From assembly GCA_030603385.1 (NCBI GenBank), contig JAUVXW010000007.1:64001-128000 (forward strand): a DNA stretch of 64,000 nucleotides, in the 5' to 3' direction. The stretch's first letter is position 1. Every line of letters begins with the position of its first letter. The position numbers and the translations under genes are program-made. Below the pieces are notes generated by a model, which was not told where the DNA came from, searched no databases, and saw only the letters and a program-made list of their open reading frames with translations. The DNA is from Promethearchaeota archaeon. Its GTDB lineage: Archaea; Asgardarchaeota; Lokiarchaeia; Sigyniarchaeales; SOKP01. Of the stretch, positions 8,523-18,932 are shown one piece after another.

Positions 8523-9110
8523 ATGAATTTTCCTGAAAATTTAAATTTTAATGACTTCATTGGTCACCATGTGTTATTATATGGAGAAACCAACACTAAA
8601 AAGACATATTATACTTCAAAATTTATTCAATTTCTTGTAGAGTCCAAAAAAGTTTTTCCAAATGACATTAGTATCTTAGATTTTGCCCCACCATTAAGTA
8701 CGATAAATAATTTGAAGATTGGAGGAAAAATTCAAGATTTCTATGAAAATAGTATGACTTGTAAGAATATTTTATTTAATGGAGAAATTATCCCACCTCG
8801 TCTGAACTCAAGTAATAAAACTGAACTATATCAAAACGCATGCGAAAATTTTAAGAAGACGTCAGAAATCCTTCATCTTTTTAAGAAAGATCCGACACCT
8901 ATACTGATCATTAATGATATTTCTTTATATCTCCATATCGGAAATGTAAAACTATTACTAGAGGCAATCAATAAATCTAATACCTTTTTCGGAAACTCTT
9001 ATTATGGTTCATCAATAAAATGTGATTATGCCACTCTATTTAGTTTGCGAGAAAAGCGACAAGTGGAATACTTAATAAAAAAAGTAGAAAAATCTTATTT
9101 CACTGGATAA
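8523..9110 (+). CDS. Hypothetical protein with degenerate P-loop NTPase-like motifs
   Basis: VLLYGETNTKKT (Walker A-like), ILDFAP, LIINDISLYL (Walker B-like). Confidence 0.6.
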   Translation: MNFPENLNFNDFIGHHVLLYGETNTKKTYYTSKFIQFLVESKKVFPNDISILDFAPPLSTINNLKIGGKIQDFYENSMTCKNILFNGEIIPPRLNSSNKTELYQNACENFKKTSEILHLFKKDPTPILIINDISLYLHIGNVKLLLEAINKSNTFFGNSYYGSSIKCDYATLFSLREKRQVEYLIKKVEKSYFTG

Positions 9111-9343
9111 GTTTTTTTAAATGAATTAATTTTAACAAAATAATTATATAACCAAAACTGCAGAAAAGCGCATAAAAACCATTTCTGCTTACCTATCTTA
9201 AGTTCATTATTTTAAATCACTTTTTTTAATTTCTATCTTGTGAAATTTGACCCGATCAAAAGATTTTTAAACTCTTATACAAATATGTTAATTATTTATT
9301 TGAGGATATAAATCCAACAGAATCCAATAAAGTGTGAATTAGA

Positions 9344-10537
9344 ATGTATGAATTAGATAATGATACAATAGTAGTGGTAGTTTCTGATGTACATGTTGGA
9401 GCTATGATAAATTATCATGCTATTTTTATTGAATTTTTAAAACAAGTATATCGAAATCCTAAAAACTTACAAGCGGTAATAATTTTAGGAGATTTCTTCG
9501 ATGTTATTATGGAAAGTGTCAGAGATTACTGTAAACGGTTATATTTCCCAGGACGATCTCGTGAGGGACATACGAAATCATTTATTTATATGGATGAGAA
9601 AACAAGAAATTATGATAAAATTTTTCTAGGATTGAAAAAGTTAATAGACAAGAAAATTCGAGTATTTTTTACCCTTGGGAATCATGAAATTAAAATAATT
9701 GGTAATTTAGAAAAATGGTTTTTCAAGCGAAAGAAGAAATTAGTAGAAGAATTAGAAAAATTCAACTTTAAATACACTAATATATTTAATCTGAAAAACA
9801 TATGGCAATACTTTATTTTAACCGCAGACGAGGGGAAATGGAAGCTAGGTTTTTATGATTCAAAAAAAGAAATAATTAACCAAAAGAAAGAAAATATTTA
9901 CTCTTTCGATAAAGTTCAAACACACATTGATTCATATAACTGCTTAATGACACATGGAATTCAATTTGAAACTTGGTTACGTAAATATGGGGGAGGGATA
10001 CCTTGGTATTTAGGCTTAAAATCTCCAGATGCTATTAAAGAAGTAGGAAATCTTCTCTATAATAAGGTGATTAAGTTAAGTATTAGGACAATAGATAAAG
10101 TATTCGATAGATGGCTATTTCAATCACGTAAATTTGTACAATACTTTTTAAAGATCTCACTCATCTCACCATTCCTAATTTTTCTTATGCTTTTTAACAA
10201 ATTGCTTAAGATGGTTCAAAGAAAAAGAGAAAGAATAAAAAATGAGACCTATATTACCCAAATAAAAAAAAAATTCATCCCAAAATTAGGAAAAATGGGA
10301 TATAATCGCAAATTTGATAATATAATATTTGGCCACACTCATAAAGATATAAAACTTAAAGAATATTTGAAATATAACGATAAAAGTAAACCCTGGAAAG
10401 CCACAATTGCCAATTCCGGTGCATGGCAACAAATAGACACACCTAGCTTAATTGAAATCAATGATAAAGGAGATCTCAAAGTTGTTAAATATTTATTAAA
10501 AGAAAAGGAAATCGAGTTCGAAAAAATCCTTCTCTAA
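9344..10537 (+). CDS. Calcineurin-like metallophosphoesterase with a hydrophobic segment
   Basis: SDVH, LGDFFD, GNHE, THG, GHTH motifs. Confidence 0.85.
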   Translation: MYELDNDTIVVVVSDVHVGAMINYHAIFIEFLKQVYRNPKNLQAVIILGDFFDVIMESVRDYCKRLYFPGRSREGHTKSFIYMDEKTRNYDKIFLGLKKLIDKKIRVFFTLGNHEIKIIGNLEKWFFKRKKKLVEELEKFNFKYTNIFNLKNIWQYFILTADEGKWKLGFYDSKKEIINQKKENIYSFDKVQTHIDSYNCLMTHGIQFETWLRKYGGGIPWYLGLKSPDAIKEVGNLLYNKVIKLSIRTIDKVFDRWLFQSRKFVQYFLKISLISPFLIFLMLFNKLLKMVQRKRERIKNETYITQIKKKFIPKLGKMGYNRKFDNIIFGHTHKDIKLKEYLKYNDKSKPWKATIANSGAWQQIDTPSLIEINDKGDLKVVKYLLKEKEIEFEKILL

Positions 10538-10706
10538 TTTTCATCAGTTATATTGAAATTTCATGGAAAAGATCTCCCTTCATACCATATTAGTATTAAT
10601 TTTAAAGCTTTAATTATCGTTGTTAATTTAGTAATATTTAAACTTAAGTTTATAATTTATGTCAAATTTAATAATCTACAATTAAATAATCAGTTTCTTG
10701 ATGAAT

Positions 10707-11366
10707 ATGAAGAAGTTAATTTTATTCGGACCACCTGGTGCTGGTAAAGGCACCTTTTCGGGCCAAATTAAAGATGTATTACCAGAAATAATTCATATAA
10801 GCACTGGAGATATCTTTAGGGAAAATTTTAAAAACGAAACACCCTTAGGACTAAAAGCTAAATCTTATATGGATAAGGGAGAGTTAGTTCCAAATGATGT
10901 AACTATTGAAATGGTTAGAGATAGATTAAATAAGAAGGATGTTGAGAAAAATGGATTTATTCTTGATGGATTTCCTCGTAATATGTCTCAGGCAAAAGCA
11001 TTAAGTGAAATTACTCAAGAAGATTTTTTTCTATTATTAGAAGTCAGCAGAGATATAATAACAAAGCGAATACTCGGAAGATTTAGCTGTAGTGAATGCA
11101 ACGAGATTTATAATAAGTATACATTACAACCTAAGGTACAAAAAGAGGAAAATAAATGGATTTGTGATAAATGCGGAGCTGAAATAGAATTTAAGCAAAG
11201 AAGCGACGATACAGAAGAAACTCTGAAAAATCGATTAGATACATATGAAAAAAATGCAAAACCTATAATTAAATACTATAAGAAAAGAGGAAAATTGAAA
11301 AAAGTGGATGCTACTGATACATTGAAGTATACTAAGGATGATATTAGAAATATAATAGGAATTTAA
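10707..11366 (+). CDS. adk: Adenylate kinase (bacterial-type, Zn-binding LID)
   Basis: GPPGAGKGT, HISTGDIFR, GFILDGFPR, CxxC...CxxC lid, QRSDD; start could be 10698-10707. Confidence 0.93.
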   Translation: MKKLILFGPPGAGKGTFSGQIKDVLPEIIHISTGDIFRENFKNETPLGLKAKSYMDKGELVPNDVTIEMVRDRLNKKDVEKNGFILDGFPRNMSQAKALSEITQEDFFLLLEVSRDIITKRILGRFSCSECNEIYNKYTLQPKVQKEENKWICDKCGAEIEFKQRSDDTEETLKNRLDTYEKNAKPIIKYYKKRGKLKKVDATDTLKYTKDDIRNIIGI

Positions 11367-11400
11367 ATCAATTTTTTTACCAATTTTTTATTAGTTTATT

Positions 11401-12153
11401 ATGAAATATAATATCTGTGTGCCGATACCGATTAAATTCGCAAATATCCTCGAGTTAAAATCAATAATAGCAAAATCATTAAGATCCGATCCTAATCTAA
11501 TTGAATTAAGATATGACTATATCGATGATGTTCAACAGATAACTCAAGGTTTTTTAAACGAATTGTTGGCTAAAGTTCAACTTAAAATTCCTGTCATCTT
11601 TACGTTTAGAAATCATAAAGAAGGTGGGAAAATGAAAATTGATGAAACAATACGTTTTGAAATTTTAAAAACGCTAGTTTTATCTCATCCTAACTATCTA
11701 GATATAGAAATGAACACAGAGAAAAGAATGTTAGGTGAAATAATTAATTTAGCCAATCAAAATGACGTAAACTTAATTTTCTCATATCATAATTTTGATA
11801 AAACACCCTCTTATGAGATAGTTTCTGATCAAATCAAAAATTTTTTAGATAGATTAAGAGAAGAATATGGATTAGATTCACAAAAAATGGAAAAAATCCT
11901 TTTAAAAATGATTTTTACAGCGCAAACTTTTGAAGACAATTTAATACCTTTAAAATTATGTAAAGAAATCTCAAAAGAGAATATAAAAGTAATTTCTTTT
12001 TGCATGGGTACTTTAGGGATCTTCTCAAGAATTTTATGTGTTTTAAATGGTTCATTTTTAACTTATGGTTCTATTGATGAGAAGACGGCTCCAGGACAAA
12101 TTGATATTACAAATTTAAGAGAAGCATTAAATGTGCTTCAAAAAATTGAGTAA
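11401..12153 (+). CDS. aroD: Type I 3-dehydroquinate dehydratase
   Basis: IELRYD, IFTFR..EGG, SYHNFDKTP, FCMG..G..SR, TAPGQ. Confidence 0.92.
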   Translation: MKYNICVPIPIKFANILELKSIIAKSLRSDPNLIELRYDYIDDVQQITQGFLNELLAKVQLKIPVIFTFRNHKEGGKMKIDETIRFEILKTLVLSHPNYLDIEMNTEKRMLGEIINLANQNDVNLIFSYHNFDKTPSYEIVSDQIKNFLDRLREEYGLDSQKMEKILLKMIFTAQTFEDNLIPLKLCKEISKENIKVISFCMGTLGIFSRILCVLNGSFLTYGSIDEKTAPGQIDITNLREALNVLQKIE

Positions 12154-12210
12154 ACTATTTTTGATTGACTATAAAATTTAAAAAAATAAGAAAACAAAAT
12201 AATTCTAATT

Positions 12211-12384
12211 TTAGTTTTTTTTAAAAAGATTACCGCAATCTCCACACTTCATTTTTCTTTTGTACACGGGAGTGCCTTGCATACTGTAGTAAAGCACGCT
12301 ATTCCTATCTGCTTCTTCATGAAGCTTGCGTGGATTTTCATTGCCACATTGAGGACATTTAACTCTTTTCCAACTTTCAGTCAT
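12211..12384 (-). CDS. Small zinc-finger protein, 57 aa (below ORF-track cutoff)
   Basis: Manual translation MTESWKRVKCPQCGNENPRKLHEEADRNSVLYYSMQGTPVYKRKMKCGDCGNLFKKN; two CxxCG knuckles. Confidence 0.8.
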   Translation of the reverse strand: MTESWKRVKCPQCGNENPRKLHEEADRNSVLYYSMQGTPVYKRKMKCGDCGNLFKKN

Positions 12385-12448
12385 TTTAAAAAACCTTAAC
12401 CCTTTTATAAAATATTTTAAATAATTAGTAGGTTCAATAAATTTAAAT

Positions 12449-12979
12449 TTAGGTTTTTAATCGAGTTTTTGAAACAATCTCTCTAACAATTACTTCAATA
12501 TTCTTGCCGGTCGTTTCAATAATAATCTCTGCTGCCGTTTTATAATAAGATAATCGAAAATTTAGAACTTCTTCTATTTCTTTTTTAGGATCTTCCTTAT
12601 TGATAAGAGGTCTAGTTTCTTTCCCATTTTTTATAACTCTTTTATAAATTTCTTCTATTGTTGCCTCTAATAAAACAATATGACAATTTTTTTTTAAGTT
12701 TTCAATATTTATCTGATTTAAAACTACTCCGCCTCCACATGACACTATTACGTTAGTAAGATTCGAAACTTTTTTACAAGCTACAATTTCATATTCTCTG
12801 AATTTTTTCTCCCCCTCTTCTGAAAAGATTTTTGGAATTGATTTTCCTGCCATTTCGATTATGATTTGATCAGTTTCTATGAATTTATAAGCATCTCCTA
12901 AATATTCTACTAATGCTTTGCCTATAGTAGTTTTACCAGTTGCCATAAATCCAATGAGAGCAATAGAATTTTTTGTCAT
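12449..12979 (-). CDS. aroK: Shikimate kinase (bacterial AroK type)
   Basis: LIGFMATGKTTIG, GE..FR..E, SCGGGVV, RPL. Confidence 0.93.
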   Translation of the reverse strand: MTKNSIALIGFMATGKTTIGKALVEYLGDAYKFIETDQIIIEMAGKSIPKIFSEEGEKKFREYEIVACKKVSNLTNVIVSCGGGVVLNQINIENLKKNCHIVLLEATIEEIYKRVIKNGKETRPLINKEDPKKEIEEVLNFRLSYYKTAAEIIIETTGKNIEVIVREIVSKTRLKT

Positions 12980-13031
12980 ATTTCTTCAGTTATTCTATTT
13001 AGATATATTATAAATAGGGAGATAATTCTTT

Positions 13032-13589
13032 TCATTTCTTCAATGAAAATCCATGCTTTCCAATAAATCCCTTTTCTAAACCAATATAATTACCTGATAT
13101 ATAGGCGAAAGTGTTAATTTTATCTGGATCGATATTGTCATTTTTAACGAATTTTGAATCAGAATGTACCGCAACCACTTCACCAAAATAACAAACGTGT
13201 GATCCTAGTTCTGTTCTCTGTATAACTTTGCATTCCATATTCCAAGGGAATTCTTTTACTAATGGAACTTGAACGACTGATCCTTTCTCTTTTGTCAAGT
13301 GTAACTCTTCCCATTTATTCACATCTCTCCCTGATCTTGTACCACAATAATCCATTTCTCGCATCTGGTTAATGGTCGGATAGTTAATAACAAATTCTCC
13401 ATGATTTTCTATTAATTGATAAGAATGGCGTCTAGGTTGTATAGATATTGCAATAATTGGTGGTTTTAAGCAAACTTTTCCAACATAAGCTAGAGTGATT
13501 AAATTTGCATCATCTCCAATTCCTACAGATATAACTGCTGCTGGCATAGGAAAAGCAGCGATCCCAGTACTTAATCTAATTTTATCCAT
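13032..13589 (-). CDS. Flavin reductase family protein
   Basis: PPIIAISI..RRHS, EFVIN.P, CGTRSGRDVNK, ECKV, GSH..FGEV. Confidence 0.9.
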   Translation of the reverse strand: MDKIRLSTGIAAFPMPAAVISVGIGDDANLITLAYVGKVCLKPPIIAISIQPRRHSYQLIENHGEFVINYPTINQMREMDYCGTRSGRDVNKWEELHLTKEKGSVVQVPLVKEFPWNMECKVIQRTELGSHVCYFGEVVAVHSDSKFVKNDNIDPDKINTFAYISGNYIGLEKGFIGKHGFSLKK

Positions 13590-13695
13590 ATTTAATACTT
13601 ACCTCACATTTCTGCTTACTATTAGCTAAATAATTATATATTACAATTTTTCTTAAACATATTATTAAATAAAATTTAAAACTTCTGCTTGCAAG

Positions 13696-14565
13696 ATGTC
13701 TGTTGGAAAAAGAATAACTTCACATACTAAGATTTTATGTGTCATAGGACACCCCGTTGAACATAGTATGTCTCCTACAATGTGGAATCCAGCTCTTCAA
13801 GAGCTTGAACTTGATTATATGTATGTAGCTTTTGATGTGCACCCAGATAGCCTTGAAAAAGCTATAAATGGCATACGATCACTAGGTATAACAGGTGTGA
13901 ATGTCACAATCCCTCATAAAAAAGCAGTTATTAAGTATATCGATGAGGTTGATCCAATTGCACTTAAAATAGGGGCTATTAATACGATTAAAAATGAAAG
14001 GGGGATTTTAAAAGCAAGAAATACTGACGCTGGTGGAGCAAAGAAATCTCTTTTAGATATAGGTTTTGATATCTCTGGAAAAGATATACTCATTCTAGGT
14101 TCAGGGGGTGTTTCTAGATCCATAGCTTATATTTTAGCAGATGAAGCCAATAAAATTGTTTTGACTGATTTAATTGAAGAAAGGGCAACATCAGTTGCTA
14201 GTGAAATCAGGGATAATATGAAAGTAGATATTGAAGGTAAATTAAACAATAGGGATAATATTGAGGAATATATAAAGAAAGCAGATATTCTTATCAATGC
14301 AACACCTATTGGAATGTATCCAAAAGTTGATGAAACCCCAATATCAAAAGATTTACTTCATGATGATCTTTTCGTATTCGATGTTATTTATAATCCTCTT
14401 GAAACCAGATTGATGAAAGAGGCAGCAGAGACGGGATGTGTCACACTAGGTGGTTTAGATATGCTCGTTAATCAAGGAATATTAGCATTTGAATGGTGGT
14501 TGAATAAAAAACCTAATAAAGATCTAATGAAGAATAAAATTATCGAATACCTTGGGTTGATATAA
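13696..14565 (+). CDS. aroE: Shikimate dehydrogenase
   Basis: GHPVEHSMSP, NVTIPHK, GAINT, NTD, INATPIGM, D.IYNP.ET, GLDMLVNQG. Confidence 0.95.
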   Translation: MSVGKRITSHTKILCVIGHPVEHSMSPTMWNPALQELELDYMYVAFDVHPDSLEKAINGIRSLGITGVNVTIPHKKAVIKYIDEVDPIALKIGAINTIKNERGILKARNTDAGGAKKSLLDIGFDISGKDILILGSGGVSRSIAYILADEANKIVLTDLIEERATSVASEIRDNMKVDIEGKLNNRDNIEEYIKKADILINATPIGMYPKVDETPISKDLLHDDLFVFDVIYNPLETRLMKEAAETGCVTLGGLDMLVNQGILAFEWWLNKKPNKDLMKNKIIEYLGLI

Positions 14566-15779
14566 TGGGCGAGAAGAGAAAACCTATAGTTTCAGTTGCT
14601 CGTAATATAGATATTTCAAAAGCAGTTCATGTTGCTCTTGATAAAATTGAAATTCCAAACCTCTCTGGAAAAACAGTTTTATTGAAACCAAATGTCGGTA
14701 GAGAAGTTGATCCTAAGCTAGGGATTAATACTAACCCAGAAGTCGTAGAAGCAATCTTTAATTATCTGAGAGATCGCTATGAAGCAAATTACTTAATTGG
14801 TGATTCTCCAATAATTAACACAGATACACAAAAAGCTTTTGAGCAATCAGGCTATAATAATTTATTAAAAGATGATGATCTTCAATTTATTGATTTAGAT
14901 GAGCTCACTCCGGTGAAGAAAGAGATTCCAAATGGAAAAATTCTAAAAAGCATAAGAATAACAGGCTATTGGCATGATTTTGATTATGTTATTTCTATAC
15001 CTGTGTTAAAAATGCATATGCATTGTGGAGCCTCGCTAAGTTTTAAAAATATGAAGGGACTGATATATAGAAGAGATAAAATCACCTTACACCACTTTCA
15101 AGCTCCAGAAATAATTAAAGAATTAAAAAAATCTATGAGTAAAATAAAAGAATTAGATATTGCTATAGCTGATCTTGGAAATATTATTTTTCCTGATTTG
15201 GCGATAATAGATGCTTCATACGCTCATGAAGGAATGGGGCCATCCTCAGGAAATCTTGTAAAATTAGATACTATTATAGCTTCAACTAATTCTTTAGCAG
15301 CAGATATAATTGCTCTCGCAATTTCTCAACCAGAATGGTCTCTTAAAGATGTTCCTCATTTAAAATTACTTTCAGAATTTATACTACCCTCAATTAACTC
15401 CTCTAGTGATATAAAAACAATTCCAGATGATATTAATGAATTTGTCGAACCTTTAGAACCCCCTCCAAAATCAATAACAATTAAATATAAAAATGTTAAT
15501 CTCATAGATATTGATTCTTGCTCTGCATGTTTATCAACAGTATTCAATTTATTGAAACATAATAAAGAATTTATTGATGAACATTATACTTCTGAAAAAC
15601 CTTTGAATTTAGCAATAGGAAATGGGATTAAAAAATCAGATCTTTATTCAGATACTTATCTTATTGGAAATTGTACATCAAATCAAAAAGAAAATGGGAC
15701 CTTTATACAAGGATGTACTCCTGTTGAATCAACAATCTTAAAAATGATTAAAGAAAAGTTAATGTCAGATCCTAAATAA
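14565..15779 (+). CDS. DUF362-family Fe-S protein
   Basis: VLLKPN, TNPEVV, PVLKMH, KNMKG, EGMGP, C-terminal CSAC...GNC...GCTP. Confidence 0.82.
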   Translation: MGEKRKPIVSVARNIDISKAVHVALDKIEIPNLSGKTVLLKPNVGREVDPKLGINTNPEVVEAIFNYLRDRYEANYLIGDSPIINTDTQKAFEQSGYNNLLKDDDLQFIDLDELTPVKKEIPNGKILKSIRITGYWHDFDYVISIPVLKMHMHCGASLSFKNMKGLIYRRDKITLHHFQAPEIIKELKKSMSKIKELDIAIADLGNIIFPDLAIIDASYAHEGMGPSSGNLVKLDTIIASTNSLAADIIALAISQPEWSLKDVPHLKLLSEFILPSINSSSDIKTIPDDINEFVEPLEPPPKSITIKYKNVNLIDIDSCSACLSTVFNLLKHNKEFIDEHYTSEKPLNLAIGNGIKKSDLYSDTYLIGNCTSNQKENGTFIQGCTPVESTILKMIKEKLMSDPK

Positions 15780-15929
15780 ACTGATTATTAAGAACAAAGA
15801 TTTACATGGTTTTAAAAAGTTTTTCGCTGAAGGATTAGAATACTCTAAAGAAGTTGACTATTTCTATAATTTTTATAAATATTTCAATCAATTTGTCAAA
15901 ATATTAAAAGAAGAAAAAGAAATTTAAAA

Positions 15930-16298
15930 TTATTCGGTACTAGTTCCACATAGAGGACAAAATCGAGCGGCTTCTCTTTGATTCAACTCAACCCCACAGT
16001 TATAACAGAATTTTGCTTTTTCCCCAACTTGTTGAGTTACTAAGACAGTTTTCTGATTCTGATTTTGGTTGGATGTAGTAATTAATTGATAATTTGAACT
16101 TGGATGAATATTATTTTGAGAATAGCAGACAGAATTACAATGAATACAACGAGGTCTCTTCTCTCTATCTAAATATATCGCAACATAAATTAATAAGCCA
16201 ATACCACCTGTAAATATAGCTAAGAAAATTGCTATTGCAACATTGAACTCCATCTTTTTTGTCTCTACATTCTTATTACATTGAGTACAATACATCAT
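15930..16298 (-). CDS. LITAF-like membrane Zn-ribbon protein with C-terminal double Zn ribbon
   Basis: CTQC-hydrophobic hairpin-CIHC, Gln/Asn linker, FCYNCG...FCPLCG. Confidence 0.75.
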   Translation of the reverse strand: MMYCTQCNKNVETKKMEFNVAIAIFLAIFTGGIGLLIYVAIYLDREKRPRCIHCNSVCYSQNNIHPSSNYQLITTSNQNQNQKTVLVTQQVGEKAKFCYNCGVELNQREAARFCPLCGTSTE

Positions 16299-16312
16299 TT
16301 ATCTTATCTCCA

Positions 16313-16365
16313 AATTTTTTTAGTTCTTTAATGATCTCTAATTTTTTTAGTTCTTTAATGATCTC
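16313..16365. repeat. Exact 26-nt direct repeat (2 copies, period 27)
   Basis: aatttttttagttctttaatgatctc at 16313-16338 and 16340-16365. Confidence 0.9.
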
Positions 16366-16438
16366 GAGACCAATTTTTGATAGGAATAAAATGCGAAATT
16401 AAATTAGAAAGGAGAATTTATCTATAGCTTAGATAAAT

Positions 16439-16822
16439 TTATTCTTCTGTAATTTTACTACCACAATTTGGACAAAATTTTGTTCCAGATTCTAATTTTT
16501 CTCCACATAATGGGCAAAAATTTGGCATTACTCCCTTTATTTCCTCAGATATGTTTCCTGGCGTAGGAGATAATGTAGATTGAGTTTGTATTTGAGGTTT
16601 ATATGCATATGATTTCTGAGATTGTGAGATTGTAATCTGAGTACCGCAATGTGCACACCTGTCTTCTTTTTTACTATAATACACAGCTAGATAAATAATT
16701 AAACCGATGCCTGCTGTAAAAATTAATAATATTATTGCTAAACATGCATCAAAATCTTTACGGGTTAACAAAACATTTTGGTTACATCTTGGACAAAATC
16801 CTGTTGGATTACTAGTCGGCAT
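16439..16822 (-). CDS. LITAF-like membrane Zn-ribbon protein with C-terminal double Zn ribbon (paralog)
   Basis: CPRC-hydrophobic hairpin (IFTAGIGLIIY)-CAHC, linker, FCPLCG...FCPNCG; ATG at 16822 preferred over TTG at 16861. Confidence 0.75.
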   Translation of the reverse strand: MPTSNPTGFCPRCNQNVLLTRKDFDACLAIILLIFTAGIGLIIYLAVYYSKKEDRCAHCGTQITISQSQKSYAYKPQIQTQSTLSPTPGNISEEIKGVMPNFCPLCGEKLESGTKFCPNCGSKITEE

Positions 16823-17034
16823 TTTAAAAATTAATATTTTATTTTCTTTAGAAATATTCAATATTTTTAATGTTTTTGGAACTGCTTTATTCTTTATTTA
16901 CAGTACAATGCTTTAGTTTGTTAAAAAATTAATAATCTAAGTTAATTAAGATTAAAACCAATAAGTCCTTATTGATTATTTAATTATTAGATTCATTTAA
17001 AATATCAATTGAAAACTATATATCTTAAATTATT

Positions 17035-17643
17035 TTGACGAAAAAACCCCTCTTCATCGTTTTAGATGGTATCGATGGTTGTGGTAGCACCACCCACAGT
17101 CAACTTCTTGCAGCATTTTTAGAGTATAAAAAAGATTTCAAAGTTCATTTAACCCATGAACCATCTAAAAGCGATATAGGAAAATTATTGAGAAAATTCT
17201 TGAAAAATGAGGAAATTCCCCCTACAACAGACGCGTTATTGTTTGCCGCAGACAGGGATCTTCATTACCATAACGAAATTAAGAAAAGACTTGATGATGG
17301 ATACATTGTAATCTCTGATCGTTATATAGAATCATCTATAATATACCAATCTATTCAATCTGATAGGATATCCATTGAGTGGATAAAACAGTTGAATAAA
17401 TTTATAGGGCATCCTGATTTAACAATAATTTTAGATATTGAGGCTAAAACTGCTTTAGCTCGGAAAAAAGAAAAAGATTTAGAGAAATTTGAAGATACTT
17501 CCTTTTTAGTTAAGGTGAGAAATCTTTATCTTTCTCGAGCCAAACAAGAAGGATATCATATAATTAGCTCAGATGATATTATCGAATTTGTCCAAGAAAA
17601 GATACAAAAAACGGTTTTGGACAAATTAAATACGCAAAATTAA
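17035..17643 (+). CDS. tmk: Thymidylate kinase
   Basis: FIVLDGIDGCGSTT, THEP, LLFAADR, SDRY..SS..YQ. Confidence 0.93.
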   Translation: MTKKPLFIVLDGIDGCGSTTHSQLLAAFLEYKKDFKVHLTHEPSKSDIGKLLRKFLKNEEIPPTTDALLFAADRDLHYHNEIKKRLDDGYIVISDRYIESSIIYQSIQSDRISIEWIKQLNKFIGHPDLTIILDIEAKTALARKKEKDLEKFEDTSFLVKVRNLYLSRAKQEGYHIISSDDIIEFVQEKIQKTVLDKLNTQN

Positions 17644-17669
17644 AATTTAAAATAATAAAACATAAATGA

Positions 17670-18932
17670 ATGATGAGTTATACAATTGCAGAAAAAATAT
17701 TATTAAACCATTCAAACCTTAAAAAAGTTATTCCAGGACAATTTATTGAATGTGAAATTGATTTAATAATGGTTCACGAGCAATTAGGAGGAAGAATTCA
17801 CAAAGAGTATGAAAAATTAGATATAGATTATGTGTGGGATCCGAATAAAATCTTTTTTATACTAGATCACTGGGTTCCTGCCCCTACAATTTCTGCGGCA
17901 GAAATGCATCAAGATTGTCGAATATTTGCTAAAAAATATAAATTTATACATAATATTGGGATGAATAGAGGAATTTGTCACCAAGTTTTACCAGAAATGG
18001 GATTCTCTAGACCTGGAATGCTAATAGTGGGTTCTGATAGTCATACAACTACATATGGGGCTTTTAATTGCTTATCTACGGGCATTGGTGCTACTGACGT
18101 ATCAGTCGTATTCGCAACAGGAAATCTATGGTTTAAAGTGCCAGAATCTTTTAAAATAAACCTTAAAGGCATGTTAAATAAAGGTATAATGTCGAAAGAT
18201 TTTATATTGAAATTAATAGGCGATTTAACTACTAAAGGTGCAATTTATAAATCTTTAGAGTTTCACGGTGATGGTGTAAAGAATATTTCTATAGATGGAA
18301 GGATGACTATCACAAATATGGTAGTAGAAGCAGGAGCTAAATTTGGAGTATTTTTACCAGATGATAAATTAACGAAGTGGTTAGAAGAAAGAACCGACAT
18401 ACCCTATAAGTACGTATATCCTGATAGAGATGCAGATTATGAAAAAGAATTTAACTATAATCTTTCAGAGATTACTCCTGTTGTTGCAAAACCTTCTAAT
18501 CCCGGTAATATAGCCAACGTTGAGGAAGAAGTGGGTATTGAGATTGATCAAGCATTTTTAGGTAGTTGTACTAATGGAAGAATGGAAGATTTCCGTATAG
18601 CTGCGAAAATTCTCAAAGGAAAAAAGATTGATCCAAACACACGATTAATTATAATCCCGGCTTCTACGGATATATATAAAGAAGCTTTAAAGGAAGGATT
18701 GATTGAAATTTTCATAAACGCTGGGGCGATAGTTGGACATTCTACTTGTGGACCATGTATAGGTGGTCATATGGGGGTATTAGGCCCTGACGAAGTTTGT
18801 ATAAGTAGTTCAAATCGTAATTTTGTGGGAAGAATGGGGGCCCCTAGCGCTCAAATTTATTTGGCTTCTCCTGCTACTGTTGCTGCTTCTGCTATAAATG
18901 GAAAAATAACAGATCCAAGGGAGGTATTGTAA
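17670..18932 (+). CDS. leuC: 3-isopropylmalate dehydratase/homoaconitase large subunit
   Basis: TIAEKIL, GICHQV, GSDSHTTTYGA, GSCTNGR, CGPCIG, NRNF.GRMG. Confidence 0.92.
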   Translation: MMSYTIAEKILLNHSNLKKVIPGQFIECEIDLIMVHEQLGGRIHKEYEKLDIDYVWDPNKIFFILDHWVPAPTISAAEMHQDCRIFAKKYKFIHNIGMNRGICHQVLPEMGFSRPGMLIVGSDSHTTTYGAFNCLSTGIGATDVSVVFATGNLWFKVPESFKINLKGMLNKGIMSKDFILKLIGDLTTKGAIYKSLEFHGDGVKNISIDGRMTITNMVVEAGAKFGVFLPDDKLTKWLEERTDIPYKYVYPDRDADYEKEFNYNLSEITPVVAKPSNPGNIANVEEEVGIEIDQAFLGSCTNGRMEDFRIAAKILKGKKIDPNTRLIIIPASTDIYKEALKEGLIEIFINAGAIVGHSTCGPCIGGHMGVLGPDEVCISSSNRNFVGRMGAPSAQIYLASPATVAASAINGKITDPREVL

